Assembly (NCBI GenBank): GCA_964492125.1
Contig: CAZBJE010000001.1
Location: 4,018-68,017, forward strand
Length of the DNA stretch: 64,000 nt
Direction of reading: 5' to 3'
DNA from: an uncultured Pseudobdellovibrionaceae bacterium
GTDB taxonomy: Bacteria > Bdellovibrionota > FAC87 > UBA2466
How positions within the stretch are numbered: the stretch's first letter is position 1; each line of letters starts with the position of its first letter. Positions 1-10,004 of the stretch are shown piece after piece. A model generated the notes under the pieces. The model saw only the letters and a list, made by a program, of their open reading frames with translations. It was not told the DNA's origin and made no database searches. Both the position numbers and the translations under genes were made by a program.

Positions 1-101
1 GCGGCCAACCTAAGCCTGACCGAGAACGAGCTTTCTGGACTTGAGCGCATGAGCGAATTGAGGATGGGTATTCGACAGTAAGTTCCAGTTAAGGGGGAAA
101 A

Positions 102-1091
102 ATGGGGTCTGGGTTTTGGCGCATTTTCTTAGTCTTCGTTTGCCTTTGGACCGGGTACAGCTCTGCTGATCCGAGTCCCGAAAGATTCAAGACAGCTTAC
201 TCTTCCTACCTTGCTGGCGAGGCAGTGCAAATTCCACCTCAAAACCTCACCGCTTATGACTACCTGTTTTTTGCCGGTTTCCTTGGCGAAAAACTCAAAC
301 CCTTTTCCTGGTTTGAACTCGGCTACTTCGACGGGTTTCGTAAGGATTTGTTGAGTCAGGGCGTACCCCCCGATCAGGTTCCCCGTACCTATTACCCGTC
401 TTCTGCCATCGGTATTTGGAAAAACGCGGAAGACTTCATCGCTACTTCCGTGATGGAACGTTTTCAACGCACTGGCCGCAAGCAAGTCCTTTTTGGTCAT
501 AGCAAAGGAGCGGCAGAGCTTTTCGCCTTCGCGATCACCCACCCTAAATTTATCGAGGAAAATGTTGAAGCGATTTTCCTCTTCAGCGGAGCACTCCAAG
601 GTTCGGCGTTGGCCAATTTGGCGACTTTTAAGCCAACCGCTCCTGTGGGATTGCCGCTTTCCGTGGCCTCTTCAGCTGCGGCTCTTGCGGTTGCCCCCTT
701 TATCAATTTCTTTTGTCGGGCAGGCGCCGAGTCGCTTTGTGTTCCGCATGCTCGGCAACAACTCGCTTCGAGAATGGAAAAAGATCCAGAGAATGTGCGC
801 GCCGTTTTAAAGAAATCTCTTTTCGTTCAAACCAGCGTAAAGGGTTGGGATCGCGCACCGGCGGTTTGGCTTCCCGACGCTTTTCTATCCAATGAAGCAG
901 GGGAACCTTCCGATGGGATTGTTGTGCTCTCAGCCCAACTGCCCCCGGCCGACCTTGCCGATCCGCAACACGTTCAGCAGGTACATCTTGAAGGAGTTAA
1001 TCACTTGTTCCCGTGCCCCAAGTTTCTATCGATGTACTATTTTAGCCGCATCCCGCAGGCTATTTCTCTGGCGTCACTGGCCGCGTTCTAG
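102..1091 (+). CDS. secreted alpha/beta-hydrolase (putative lipase/esterase)
   Basis: 329-aa ORF; N-terminal hydrophobic signal-like segment; GHSKG nucleophile-elbow (GxSxG) motif typical of lipases/esterases. Confidence 0.5.
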   Translation: MGSGFWRIFLVFVCLWTGYSSADPSPERFKTAYSSYLAGEAVQIPPQNLTAYDYLFFAGFLGEKLKPFSWFELGYFDGFRKDLLSQGVPPDQVPRTYYPSSAIGIWKNAEDFIATSVMERFQRTGRKQVLFGHSKGAAELFAFAITHPKFIEENVEAIFLFSGALQGSALANLATFKPTAPVGLPLSVASSAAALAVAPFINFFCRAGAESLCVPHARQQLASRMEKDPENVRAVLKKSLFVQTSVKGWDRAPAVWLPDAFLSNEAGEPSDGIVVLSAQLPPADLADPQHVQQVHLEGVNHLFPCPKFLSMYYFSRIPQAISLASLAAF

Positions 1092-1097
1092 AAGCGG

Positions 1098-2261
1098 TTA
1101 CTTGCGCTTGGCGCGAATATCCATATAGACGGCCATGATGATGACGATTCCCTTGAAGACTTTTTGGTAATGCTCGGTGATGCCGACAAGGCTCATTCCA
1201 TTATTTAATACGCCCATCAAGAGAACCCCCAAAAGCGTGCCGGCCACACCACCCGAACCGCCCATGAGACTAGTGCCGCCGATGACGACGGCCGCAATGG
1301 CATCGAGTTCACCCAGCTCGCCCGCGGAAGGCACCGCCGCGTTTACCCGCGCGACGTCGAGCGCGCCGGCGAAACCAGCAAAGGCGCCCATCAAAATATA
1401 AACCGCCCAAAGGGTCCGCTGCACCGGCACGCCGGAAAGCTCCGCCGCCTCGCGGTTGTCGCCGATAGCGTAAACGAAACGGCCGAAGCGGGTGTAGCCA
1501 AGCAATAACCAAACTCCCAAGGCACACGCCGCCGCCAGAAAAACCATCGTAGGGATCCCGCGGTAACCGCAAAATGCATGCACCGCGAATGCGCAACCCG
1601 CAGCGCCAGCTGCCGCGCGTTTGAGCGCTTTCCCCGCGCTGGATCGACCCCGACGATAAGACTGAAACTGCAGCGCGATAATCAAGGCAGCAATCGTCGC
1701 CAAAACGCCGAAGCTAGGCATGGGAGGCAAATAACTAGAACTGAGTGCACCGAAGGAATCACCAATGGGGGCCACCGCTTGCGCCCCCGACACAATCAAA
1801 GTGAGCCCACGGCAGATGACCATCATGCCCAAAGTCACGATGAACGGCGTAATCCGCAACCGGCTGATAGCGAACCCGCTCGTCGCGCCGCAAGCGCCTC
1901 CCACCGCTAACGACAGGCCGATGGAGAAAATCGCCCCCATCATCCCTGCATTCGCTGCACCCCAGTGGAGCTGACTGATTGCCGCCACCATTCCCGACAT
2001 CGCCAACACACTGCCCACGGAAAGATCAATTCCCGACGTGAGGATTACAACCGTCATTCCAACCGACAACGTCAGGTTCACGCAAACCTGGCGGGAGAGA
2101 TTGCTCAAATTGCGCGAGGTGAGAAAGCTGCCGTCGCTCCAATATTCAAATAAGAGGGCACAAACCAGAAGCGCCAGCAGCGGCACCCATTCCGCGACGG
2201 AGAAACGTCGCCGAGCGGAGGCGGGAGCCAAGCTAATTTTCATCGCACTCGTTGCACTCAT
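1098..2261 (-). CDS. monosaccharide ABC transporter permease (RbsC/XylH-like)
   Basis: 387-aa polytopic membrane protein; C-terminal Gly-rich motif GGTSLMGGSGGVAGTLLGVLLMGVLNNG characteristic of sugar ABC permeases; 4-nt overlap with upstream ATPase gene. Confidence 0.75.
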   Translation of the reverse strand: MSATSAMKISLAPASARRRFSVAEWVPLLALLVCALLFEYWSDGSFLTSRNLSNLSRQVCVNLTLSVGMTVVILTSGIDLSVGSVLAMSGMVAAISQLHWGAANAGMMGAIFSIGLSLAVGGACGATSGFAISRLRITPFIVTLGMMVICRGLTLIVSGAQAVAPIGDSFGALSSSYLPPMPSFGVLATIAALIIALQFQSYRRGRSSAGKALKRAAAGAAGCAFAVHAFCGYRGIPTMVFLAAACALGVWLLLGYTRFGRFVYAIGDNREAAELSGVPVQRTLWAVYILMGAFAGFAGALDVARVNAAVPSAGELGELDAIAAVVIGGTSLMGGSGGVAGTLLGVLLMGVLNNGMSLVGITEHYQKVFKGIVIIMAVYMDIRAKRK

Positions 2262-3847
2262 ACAGGAACCTCATTCAAAGTAGAGCCGCCCGAAGGCGCA
2301 ACACCCGCACCGGCGCGAGCCGCGTGGGTCAAAATTGTTTCTTGGGTTAAGCCGCGGTTTGCTAAGTCGGCCACACACCGGCCTTCACGCAAAACCAAAA
2401 CCCGGTGGCAGAGCGCTAAAATCTCCGGCAACTCCGACGACACCACAATGACACCAACGCCGCTCTTAGCGAGCTCGCCGATAACTTCGTAGATTTCGCC
2501 TTTAGCGCCCACGTCGATACCGCGGGTTGGTTCGTCTAGCATCAAAAGCTTGGGCGAGCGGGCGACCATTTTCCCAAGCAACACCTTTTGTTGATTGCCG
2601 CCGCTGAGCGACTTAATGGGTTGGGTGGCGTCGGCGAACTTAACCCGTAAGTGCCGCCGCAATTCCTCGATGCGCTGCTTTTCTCGGTCGAAGTCGATCC
2701 ATTTCACTCGATTGACTAGAGAATCTAAAATCGAAACAGTGAAGTTGAATCCCACTCCGAGATCCAGAAAAAGGCCCTCTTTCTTTCGATCTTCGGGCAC
2801 GAACGACACGCCGTCGTTCATTGCTTCGATAATCGAATTCCAATGCACCGGCTTACCGTGATAGCGCACCGAGCCTTCTCGGCTTCCCGGCAGCGCACCC
2901 ACCAAGGAACGCAGCAATTCACTGCGGCCCGACCCCATCAACCCCGCAATTCCCAACACTTCACCCGGCCGCAAATCGAAAGAAATTCCTAGAAGTTTCG
3001 TTTCGCCCCAGGGATCGCGGTGAGTGAGATTGCTCACTTCGAGCAGTTTATCGGCGGTGGGCGTAGCGCCGCTGAAGTATTGCTTATCCAGAATCGGGCG
3101 GCCTACCATCCAGCGCACGACTTCTTCGGGGGTAGTTTCTGCTACAGGCTTATCCGCCACTGCGGTGCCGTCGCGCAGAACCACAATCCGCGTGGCCAGC
3201 GAAAAAATTTCGTCCAGTTTATGGGAAATATAAATCAGAGTGACGCCCGCGCCCTTTAGTCGATCGAGCACGGCAAAAAGTTGGCGCACCTCTCGATCCG
3301 AAAGCGCGGAAGTGGGTTCGTCTAAGATCAGCAATCGCGCTTGGTGATGGACGGCCTTGGCGATTTCGACCATTTGGCGTTGAGCCACGCTCAAATCGCC
3401 CACCCGGGCGCGCGCGTCGATATCAAAACCCAAATCCGCCAAAAGTTCGGATGCCTTTTCAAACATCTGGCGCCACGGCACTCGCCGCAACATTTTGGAC
3501 GAAGGCGTACCGTCGTATGGCGCGTCCTCGGTGAGAAAAAGGTTTTCCGCTACCGACAATTTGGGAAACAGGCAAAGCTCTTGGTGAATAATCGAGATGC
3601 CAGCGCGGCGCGCTTCCAGCGGCGAATTCACTTGCAGCGGCTTGCCATCAAAAGCGACTTGGCCTTCGTAGCTTCCCTGAGGCCAGACCCCACTGAGGAT
3701 TTTCATCAGAGTGGATTTACCGGCGCCGTTTTCTCCCACAAGCGCGAGCGTTTCGCCCGCCGACAATTCAAACGTGACGTCTTTCAACGCCGCTATTCCG
3801 CCAAACGATTTGGCCACGTGGGTGACACTGAGCAAAGAGGGCTTCAT
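2258..3847 (-). CDS. sugar ABC transporter ATP-binding protein, duplicated ATPase domains (RbsA/MglA-like)
   Basis: 529 aa with two Walker A sites (GENGAGKST; GLMGSGRSE), ABC signature LSGGNQQK and Walker B LLMLDEPT. Confidence 0.85.
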   Translation of the reverse strand: MKPSLLSVTHVAKSFGGIAALKDVTFELSAGETLALVGENGAGKSTLMKILSGVWPQGSYEGQVAFDGKPLQVNSPLEARRAGISIIHQELCLFPKLSVAENLFLTEDAPYDGTPSSKMLRRVPWRQMFEKASELLADLGFDIDARARVGDLSVAQRQMVEIAKAVHHQARLLILDEPTSALSDREVRQLFAVLDRLKGAGVTLIYISHKLDEIFSLATRIVVLRDGTAVADKPVAETTPEEVVRWMVGRPILDKQYFSGATPTADKLLEVSNLTHRDPWGETKLLGISFDLRPGEVLGIAGLMGSGRSELLRSLVGALPGSREGSVRYHGKPVHWNSIIEAMNDGVSFVPEDRKKEGLFLDLGVGFNFTVSILDSLVNRVKWIDFDREKQRIEELRRHLRVKFADATQPIKSLSGGNQQKVLLGKMVARSPKLLMLDEPTRGIDVGAKGEIYEVIGELAKSGVGVIVVSSELPEILALCHRVLVLREGRCVADLANRGLTQETILTHAARAGAGVAPSGGSTLNEVPV

Positions 3848-3852
3848 GCGAC

Positions 3853-4929
3853 TTACGTCTTCCCCGGGCCGAAGACCGATTCGGCGGAATGAAAACCTGA
3901 ACCGACCACCACGTCGCGCAAGTTTTCTTTCAGCACTTTTTCCACCGGCGTGTTCAACACCGGAATATCTGCAAAGCCGTTGTTCATCGAAGCGTCGGTT
4001 TTGACCGGCTGTTTGCGCGCCAGCGCCACGGCCGCACGGGCCGCTGCTTCCGCCAAGGGACGAATCCCTTTGAGCACCGTCATGGGTTGCTTCCCGGTGA
4101 GCACGTTGCGGACGGCGGTGAGATCAGCGTCCGCGCCAGCCACGAAAACTTTGCCGGCCAAGCTTTGTTCTTCCAAGGCTTTAACCGCACCCAAGGCCAT
4201 GCCGTCGTTGTTGGCCAAGACCGCGCCGATCTGGTTCTTGTAGCGAGTCAGGGCGTTTTCGACGGTAGCCAATGCACCGGCTGTCGACCAACCCGGGTGG
4301 CTCTGGCGCACCACCACCTGAATGGCGGAGTATTTTTCCAAGACGGAAAGGTTGCCTCGGGTGATTTCGTCGGCAACCGAGTGGCCCGGCTCACCGGAAA
4401 GGATCACCACGTTGCCCTTGCCTCCCAACGCTTTGACGGCCTCTTCCGCTTGGTAGACGCCCACTTGAAAACTGTTTTGCGTCACATAGAGGTCGATGGG
4501 GGCGTTTCGGATAAGCCGGTCGTACGAAATGACCGGCACCCCGTCGGCCTTGGCGGACTTGGCCATGGCGGCGGCGGCTTCCGAATGCACGGGTTGGATC
4601 ACCAGGGCATCCACCCCTTTGGCGAGCAGGTTTTCCACCCGAGAAGTCTGTAAATCCACCTTGTTATCGCAAGCGGCGAACTCGACGTCGGCCCCCAGCG
4701 ACTTGGCCATGGCGGTGAAATAATCGCGATCCTTGAGGTAGCGCTCCTCGTTCATCGTCGCCAGAACGAAGCCGATGCGGGTGTTGCGCGGAGAATGAGA
4801 GGCGGTACGCGTGCATGACGCGCTCAGGCAAACCAAGAACAACGTGAGCGCGCAGGCCGCAAACCCACGTAATTTCAAAAACATCGTACCCCCACGGGTA
4901 TTTAACAAAACCCTGAAACTGTCTGTCAA
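3853..4929 (-). CDS. periplasmic sugar-binding protein (PBP type 1, RbsB-like)
   Basis: 358 aa, signal peptide plus lipobox-like SASC; periplasmic binding fold signature; first gene of the SBP-ATPase-permease operon. Confidence 0.7.
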   Translation of the reverse strand: MTDSFRVLLNTRGGTMFLKLRGFAACALTLFLVCLSASCTRTASHSPRNTRIGFVLATMNEERYLKDRDYFTAMAKSLGADVEFAACDNKVDLQTSRVENLLAKGVDALVIQPVHSEAAAAMAKSAKADGVPVISYDRLIRNAPIDLYVTQNSFQVGVYQAEEAVKALGGKGNVVILSGEPGHSVADEITRGNLSVLEKYSAIQVVVRQSHPGWSTAGALATVENALTRYKNQIGAVLANNDGMALGAVKALEEQSLAGKVFVAGADADLTAVRNVLTGKQPMTVLKGIRPLAEAAARAAVALARKQPVKTDASMNNGFADIPVLNTPVEKVLKENLRDVVVGSGFHSAESVFGPGKT

Positions 4930-4976
4930 ACGTTTGACTCGTGGGCTGTCGGAATTAGAAAGAAACTAAACCCTGT

Positions 4977-6452
4977 TCACTTCTTTTCGATGCTGTGTGC
5001 TTCTTCTTTCTTTAAATGCGGGCGGTCCCTGCTCGTCTCAGGGTGTTCATAATCTTGCACGGCAGCTTTTGCGATTTCCTCACAGCTACCCCTTACGAGA
5101 TCCTCACGGAGAATTTCTAGATGAGGATGATAGTAGTTCCGTTTTTCTTTCCTTTTTATCGCCGAATCCAAACCCTGCAAGTGCTGAGGGATGTAAGTTT
5201 GCAGACTAATGCCACCCGTATTGTATTGGAGCGGCGAGTGCGAACTGTAAGACTTTAGGAAGGAGAAGAACCTGTCCGGGACTAGGAGCTCTTCCTCCTC
5301 GTCTAGCCTCTGGGTCAGCATAATCGTGCCAGGAGAGACACCGAGGTAATCAAGCAGCATCAGTAGTCGAATCGAATGTTCTATATCGGGACGATTCTGC
5401 TCTTTGGCAAACTGTGAAATTCCCTCTTCAACCTTGGTCCATTTTGCATGCCGAATACGGTTGTGCTTTTTGAAGTCCGCGCGAATCCATTGGATGCTTT
5501 GTTCAATCATAGGAGGGGACAAAGTGTAGTTACCCTCCCCGTCTTTTAAACGAGAAGTTAGACAGCCGGAGAGCATGTACAAAAGCACGTGCTTGAATTT
5601 TGAGTACCGTTCCGGATGTGTTTTTTGTACGCGAAGCGCGACCGAGCGAGCCGCCCGGGCACCCAGCAGAGCGGAAAGACTTTCATTGGGAAGACCGCCA
5701 ATTAGTTCACGCCTCTCATGAAACGAAAAAAGTTTGCCGGCAGGAGGCGGAGGTAACTCCTTTGGATTCACCGAACCACCTCCGTCCTGCTCTCCAGATT
5801 CCGCGATCTCTTTCTGGATATTCTTCTCCTGCTCCGGGGTCGCCAAATGGAGCTGCCAATAAGGAAAAGAGGCCCGCGCATCTTTCGGAAATAGCGGGGC
5901 GAATGCTGGATGCGCCTTCAGTTTTTTAAAGTTCGCATCCTCCGGATCGATTCTATCGTCGGCTTCACCCAAAAAGCCCTTCCATGTCTTTTTTACTGAG
6001 TCGTTGTCGTATTCACCCCAGATATAGGTGAATTCCGAACGGGAGCCATGACAAGAGGCGCATGCCGCCGGATTATTGGTTACGTGGGGTTCGCCGCCCT
6101 TAGTGTCTGTGAGACGAATCAAATAGGGTGTGATTGCTCCATCAATATCTTCCGCCATCTCCATCGTTTTCGACCCAGGTGCTAGACCCAAAACGACCGT
6201 TGCATCGTCACCGAAAAGTAGACCCCGCATACCTCCTTGAGAGGAAGCACTGTCGAAGGCGAGGGTGAATCCCTTGCCGGTTTCCTTGGCTAACGTACTC
6301 GTCAGATGGGGGACGTCTTGAGATTCGAGGCCGCGGATTTCAGTCAGCAGTATCTCCAATTTGGGTCCCCGCACCTCTTTGCTTTCGGGGCGCCCCGCAA
6401 AAGAGAACGATGCGATACCGGCAAGTGCCACAACCAGAGAAAGTTTCCGCAT
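4977..6452 (-). CDS. secreted hypothetical protein with single CxxCH heme-binding motif
   Basis: 491 aa, N-terminal signal peptide, one CASCH motif (NNPAACASCHGS); no second heme motif seen; no other recognisable family. Confidence 0.4.
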   Translation of the reverse strand: MRKLSLVVALAGIASFSFAGRPESKEVRGPKLEILLTEIRGLESQDVPHLTSTLAKETGKGFTLAFDSASSQGGMRGLLFGDDATVVLGLAPGSKTMEMAEDIDGAITPYLIRLTDTKGGEPHVTNNPAACASCHGSRSEFTYIWGEYDNDSVKKTWKGFLGEADDRIDPEDANFKKLKAHPAFAPLFPKDARASFPYWQLHLATPEQEKNIQKEIAESGEQDGGGSVNPKELPPPPAGKLFSFHERRELIGGLPNESLSALLGARAARSVALRVQKTHPERYSKFKHVLLYMLSGCLTSRLKDGEGNYTLSPPMIEQSIQWIRADFKKHNRIRHAKWTKVEEGISQFAKEQNRPDIEHSIRLLMLLDYLGVSPGTIMLTQRLDEEEELLVPDRFFSFLKSYSSHSPLQYNTGGISLQTYIPQHLQGLDSAIKRKEKRNYYHPHLEILREDLVRGSCEEIAKAAVQDYEHPETSRDRPHLKKEEAHSIEKK

Positions 6453-6513
6453 CCGACTAAAATAACTTAGCCGACCCGCTTCGTCATTGGCATCAGCAAA
6501 TGAGTTCGTAGAC

Positions 6514-6527
6514 TACTGTAATTACAG
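6514..6527. promoter_or_regulatory. perfect 14-bp palindrome ACTGTAATTACAGT in divergent promoter region
   Basis: Read directly; lies between the divergent CxxCH-protein gene and the pilW-like gene; CTGT-N4-ACAG core; a TATAAT-like -10 and GAGGAG RBS follow at about 6640-6660. Confidence 0.3.
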
Positions 6528-6665
6528 TGAAATTTTCGATTCATGAAGTAGCACAGACGAACCCGCCACCGCAAGGCAACGACGAACCTCCCGATGTTCG
6601 GCAAATGCGCCTCCTTACTTGGAAGAAGTGACGTCGTGCAGCTATAATGAAGAGAGGAGAAAACC

Positions 6666-7430
6666 GTGAGTAAATCAGCCAAAATCCAGTGGACGTCGTT
6701 CGGAGTCCTAGCCGGGGTGCTGCTTTCCGGTTGTGCGGGCTTTGTCAGCCAAAAGGATCGCGAGGTTTCGCGGGTCCATCTCCAGCATGCTTCTGACTTG
6801 CTCGGTCAACGCGATTACAGCAAAGCTATTGAAGCCGCCAACGACGCGCTCAAAGCCGATCCGACGCTTGCGCCGGCGTACAACGTGATTGCCCTCACCT
6901 ATCTGGAAACCAAACGCTACGAAAAGAGCGAGGAAGCGTTTCAAAAAGCGCTCGCGATTCAGCCAGCGTACCCGGAAGTGTTTAATAATTTGGGCGTGCT
7001 TTATAACCGGCAGGAAAAGTTTGACCTCGCTGTGCCGTGGTTCAAGAAGGCTCTGGCCGACGACAATTACCTCACGCCCGAAAACGCGTACACCAATTTA
7101 GGTTATGCCCTTTACCGCCAGGGCAAATATGCCGATGCATTGGACAACCACCAAAAAGCGCTGGATGTTTCGCCGCTTTTTTGTCTGGCCAGTAAGAACA
7201 TGGGTGACGTTTTTGCCAAACAAAAGGCGTACGCCAAGGCTTCTCGTTACTACGACAAGGCCGTTACGAATTGCCCGCTCTACCAGGAAAGCCAATACAA
7301 GCTGGGGTTGGTTCTGATGAAGATGGGCAACCGCAAGGTAGCCAAGGCAGAGCTGGAAAAGCTAGTACGTCGCCACAAAACAGGTCCTTACGTCGAAAGA
7401 TCGTCCGAAGTTCTCAAGTGGCTTAAGTAA
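6666..7430 (+). CDS. pilW: TPR-repeat lipoprotein, type IV pilus biogenesis PilW/PilF-like
   Basis: 254 aa, GTG start, lipobox LSGC, about 6 TPR units (NLGVLY, NLGYALY...); conserved position immediately upstream of rodZ. Confidence 0.6.
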   Translation: MSKSAKIQWTSFGVLAGVLLSGCAGFVSQKDREVSRVHLQHASDLLGQRDYSKAIEAANDALKADPTLAPAYNVIALTYLETKRYEKSEEAFQKALAIQPAYPEVFNNLGVLYNRQEKFDLAVPWFKKALADDNYLTPENAYTNLGYALYRQGKYADALDNHQKALDVSPLFCLASKNMGDVFAKQKAYAKASRYYDKAVTNCPLYQESQYKLGLVLMKMGNRKVAKAELEKLVRRHKTGPYVERSSEVLKWLK

Positions 7431-7495
7431 AAAAGCAATGAAGAGGTAGTTTAGTCTGGACGAGACTGCCGCTTCTCTTTAAGAATCGCAAAAGC

Positions 7496-8446
7496 ATGGA
7501 AAATTTTGGCGCCTACCTAAAAGCGCACCGCGAAAAAAAGGGTATTCGGCTCGAGGAAATTGCCTCGATCACCAAGATTCACCCTCACAGCCTTGAGCTG
7601 CTCGAGAACAACAAGTGGGAACAGCTCCCGCCCGAGCCTTTTATCCGTGGATTTATCCTAGCTTACGCAAAATATGTGGGACTGAGCACGCACGAAGTGC
7701 TCGAAAATTACCGCGAGGCCACCGGCGCCCTCCCCGAGCCCGTGGAAGCCAACCCGGAAACCGCAACCATTCCCGGCCCCAGCCGTGCGCGCCCAGTGAT
7801 GAGTACGCCCAACGATTTGATTACCCAGGTTCGCCTTCCGTCTGGCGCCAAAATGATCACGGCCGCTTCGTTGATTGCGGTCGTTGGCCTGGCTGCTTTA
7901 CTGATTAACGTGGGCCGCGACGCGGAAAAACCGCCCACACCCGTGGCCGTCACCATGACGCCCGAAACGCCCGCGACTCCTCCGGCGGTGACGCCTGCCG
8001 AGGAAACCCGAAAGGTAGCCAACGAACCGGCCAAGCCTGCCGCGAAGAGTGAAAAACCTGCTGCGACCAAGCCAGTCGCCGCTGCGGCGGTGGCCACGGT
8101 CGAACTGCCTCCCACGACAGAATCCGGCACCCCCGCGCACGAAATTGTGGTGGAAGGCAAAGAACGTACTTGGATGAAGGTAGTCATCGACGATGCCCCT
8201 CCTCAGGAAGTTTTCTTGGGTGAAGGCAAGTCGGCCACCTACAAAGCCAACAAGAAAATCAAAGTAGTCTTGGGCAACTCCACCGGTTCCAAAGTCGTCT
8301 ACAACGGCAAGGAACAGGCGGGCACTCAGTTCTCGGGAACGATCCGCTACTATAAGTTCCCGGCCAACGCGCGTTTCCCCCAAGACAATCCGGCGAAGCG
8401 CCCCACCGCCTCTTCCGAGACAGAGCCCAAAACGGTTACCGAGTAA
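7496..8446 (+). CDS. rodZ: cytoskeleton protein RodZ
   Basis: N-terminal XRE-type HTH (GIRLEEIASITKIHPHSLELLENNKW), single TM helix, Pro/Ala/Thr-rich linker, C-terminal DUF4115-like domain (GKERTWMKVVIDD...YYKFP). Confidence 0.6.
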   Translation: MENFGAYLKAHREKKGIRLEEIASITKIHPHSLELLENNKWEQLPPEPFIRGFILAYAKYVGLSTHEVLENYREATGALPEPVEANPETATIPGPSRARPVMSTPNDLITQVRLPSGAKMITAASLIAVVGLAALLINVGRDAEKPPTPVAVTMTPETPATPPAVTPAEETRKVANEPAKPAAKSEKPAATKPVAAAAVATVELPPTTESGTPAHEIVVEGKERTWMKVVIDDAPPQEVFLGEGKSATYKANKKIKVVLGNSTGSKVVYNGKEQAGTQFSGTIRYYKFPANARFPQDNPAKRPTASSETEPKTVTE

Positions 8447-8476
8447 AACCGCTCGTTTAAGGCAACCTGCGTTTGG

Positions 8477-9109
8477 CTATTTAATCAGCTTTCGATCCAA
8501 GCCACGCCACAAGTACCAAGCGCCAACGGAATAAACGCCGTCCCAATGCGCTGCCAGTTCCGCGACCTCCTTCGGCTTGGGTAGCGCTTCCAATTTATGC
8601 AAAAGCTGCAACGCTTTTTGCACTCCGTAGTCACCCACCGGCAGAATGTTCGTACGTCCCAAACAGAAGATTTGAAACATATGCGCCGTCCACTCGCCGA
8701 TGCCTTTGACCTCGGTGAGCAGCCGTTGCACTTCCGCTTCCGAGTGGCTTTCCCAAGCCGCCCGGGTTTTAGGAAGACGATCCCAATGCTCGCTCAAAGA
8801 TTGTAGGTACCCAATTTTCTGTTTGGAGAAACCGGCCGCCGCCAGCCGCGGGGCTTTGAAACGACGCACTTGATTGGGGCCTGGAAAAGGAGGGTGTAAA
8901 GCTTCAAACTTCAATAAGATAGCCCGGGCCGAGGCGGTCGAAAGCTGCTGGGACACTATACTGCGCACGAGGGATTCCCAGGGGTCCAGCCGTAAGGTGA
9001 GGTCGGGTGGCCCCACTTTATCAATCACCGCAGCCAAGAGCGGCTCGCGTTGGCGCAGGGTAACCGCGCCCTTTTTCCAAAGTTTGAGAATGCGTTCCAT
9101 GGCGCGCAA
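8477..9109 (-). CDS. HhH-GPD base-excision DNA glycosylase (AlkA / 3-methyladenine glycosylase II-like)
   Basis: 210 aa; helix-hairpin-helix region VKGIGEWTAHMFQIFCLGRTNILPVGDYGVQKA with catalytic Asp context. Confidence 0.6.
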   Translation of the reverse strand: MRAMERILKLWKKGAVTLRQREPLLAAVIDKVGPPDLTLRLDPWESLVRSIVSQQLSTASARAILLKFEALHPPFPGPNQVRRFKAPRLAAAGFSKQKIGYLQSLSEHWDRLPKTRAAWESHSEAEVQRLLTEVKGIGEWTAHMFQIFCLGRTNILPVGDYGVQKALQLLHKLEALPKPKEVAELAAHWDGVYSVGAWYLWRGLDRKLIK

Positions 9110-9130
9110 GGTACCTGCTATATTTGGTTT

Positions 9131-9985
9131 ATGGAACCCCTGTCGTTAGGACACTTAGCTGTTTGGCGGCATACCCCGGCGCAGGGGACCCCCAAGGCGC
9201 GCGTCCTCCTTATCCACGGAATTTGCGAGCACAGTGGCCGGCATATGCCTACCGTGCAGGCCTTGAACGCGACGGGGGTCGAAGTCGTGCGGTTTGATTT
9301 GCGGGGGTCGGGCCTCAGTGGCGGCCGCCGTCAGTACATCGAGCAATTCGATGACTATGTCGCCGATGTGGTGCGGGTGTACAACTGGATTGGCAGTGAC
9401 CTGCCCCCGTGCCCCCTTTTTGTGATGGGGCATAGTATGGGTGGCGCAATCGCCCTTCACTTTGCTTCGCAGTACACCGCCCTCTTTCACGGCTTAATCT
9501 TAAGCGCGCCCGGCTACCTAACCGGTGCCGGTATTTCGCCGCTCAAAATCGCGGTGGGCCGTCTGGTGTGCAAGTTTTTGCCGACGCTGCGGATCCAAGC
9601 AGGCGATCCCACAAACCTGTCGCGCGATCCGGAAGTTGTACGCGCCTATAGCGAAGACACCCTGGCCTCCCACTTCAACACTCTGCGCCAAGGCGAAAAA
9701 GTTCTGAACGCATTCACGGAAATTCCGGCGCGCTGCAAGCAGGTACGTAATCCGACGCTGATCGTGCATGGCACTTCGGACAAAGTCATTCTACCCGCAG
9801 GTAGCTTTACCGTTCTGCAGGCCCTAGCTTCCCCCTCCAAAGAGCTGCACTATTTGCCCGGGGTTTACCACGAGCCGCATTTAGATTTGGAACGGGAAAA
9901 ATATTTTGGGCTGCTCACCCGCTGGGTAGAGCAACACACCCCCGCCCGACGCGCCAGCGACCGGGCCACTTCCATCCGCACTTAA
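9131..9985 (+). CDS. alpha/beta hydrolase, lysophospholipase / monoacylglycerol lipase-like
   Basis: GHSMGG nucleophile elbow, HG oxyanion motif (LIHGICEHSGRH), C-terminal His; start moved to internal ATG at 9131 (ORF track start 9050 overlaps the divergent gene). Confidence 0.65.
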   Translation: MEPLSLGHLAVWRHTPAQGTPKARVLLIHGICEHSGRHMPTVQALNATGVEVVRFDLRGSGLSGGRRQYIEQFDDYVADVVRVYNWIGSDLPPCPLFVMGHSMGGAIALHFASQYTALFHGLILSAPGYLTGAGISPLKIAVGRLVCKFLPTLRIQAGDPTNLSRDPEVVRAYSEDTLASHFNTLRQGEKVLNAFTEIPARCKQVRNPTLIVHGTSDKVILPAGSFTVLQALASPSKELHYLPGVYHEPHLDLEREKYFGLLTRWVEQHTPARRASDRATSIRT

Positions 9986-10004
9986 CTAAACCGGATTGGC
10001 CAGG

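Noticed and set aside
6467-6682. 71-aa minus-strand ORF in the pilW divergent promoter region (similarly 41941..42258)
   Set aside because: Falls in intergenic promoter DNA with no RBS or motif; likely spurious.
9050-9130. N-terminal extensions in ORF-track starts (also 10556..11263, 11267, 18721, 23123, 27406..28740, 42094, 42551, 43267, 48977, 49506..50441, 61867..62874)
   Set aside because: The extensions overlap neighbouring genes or lack family conservation; internal ATGs with good RBS (e.g. GGAGG before flgE and flbD) fit the conserved N-termini, so shorter starts were used.
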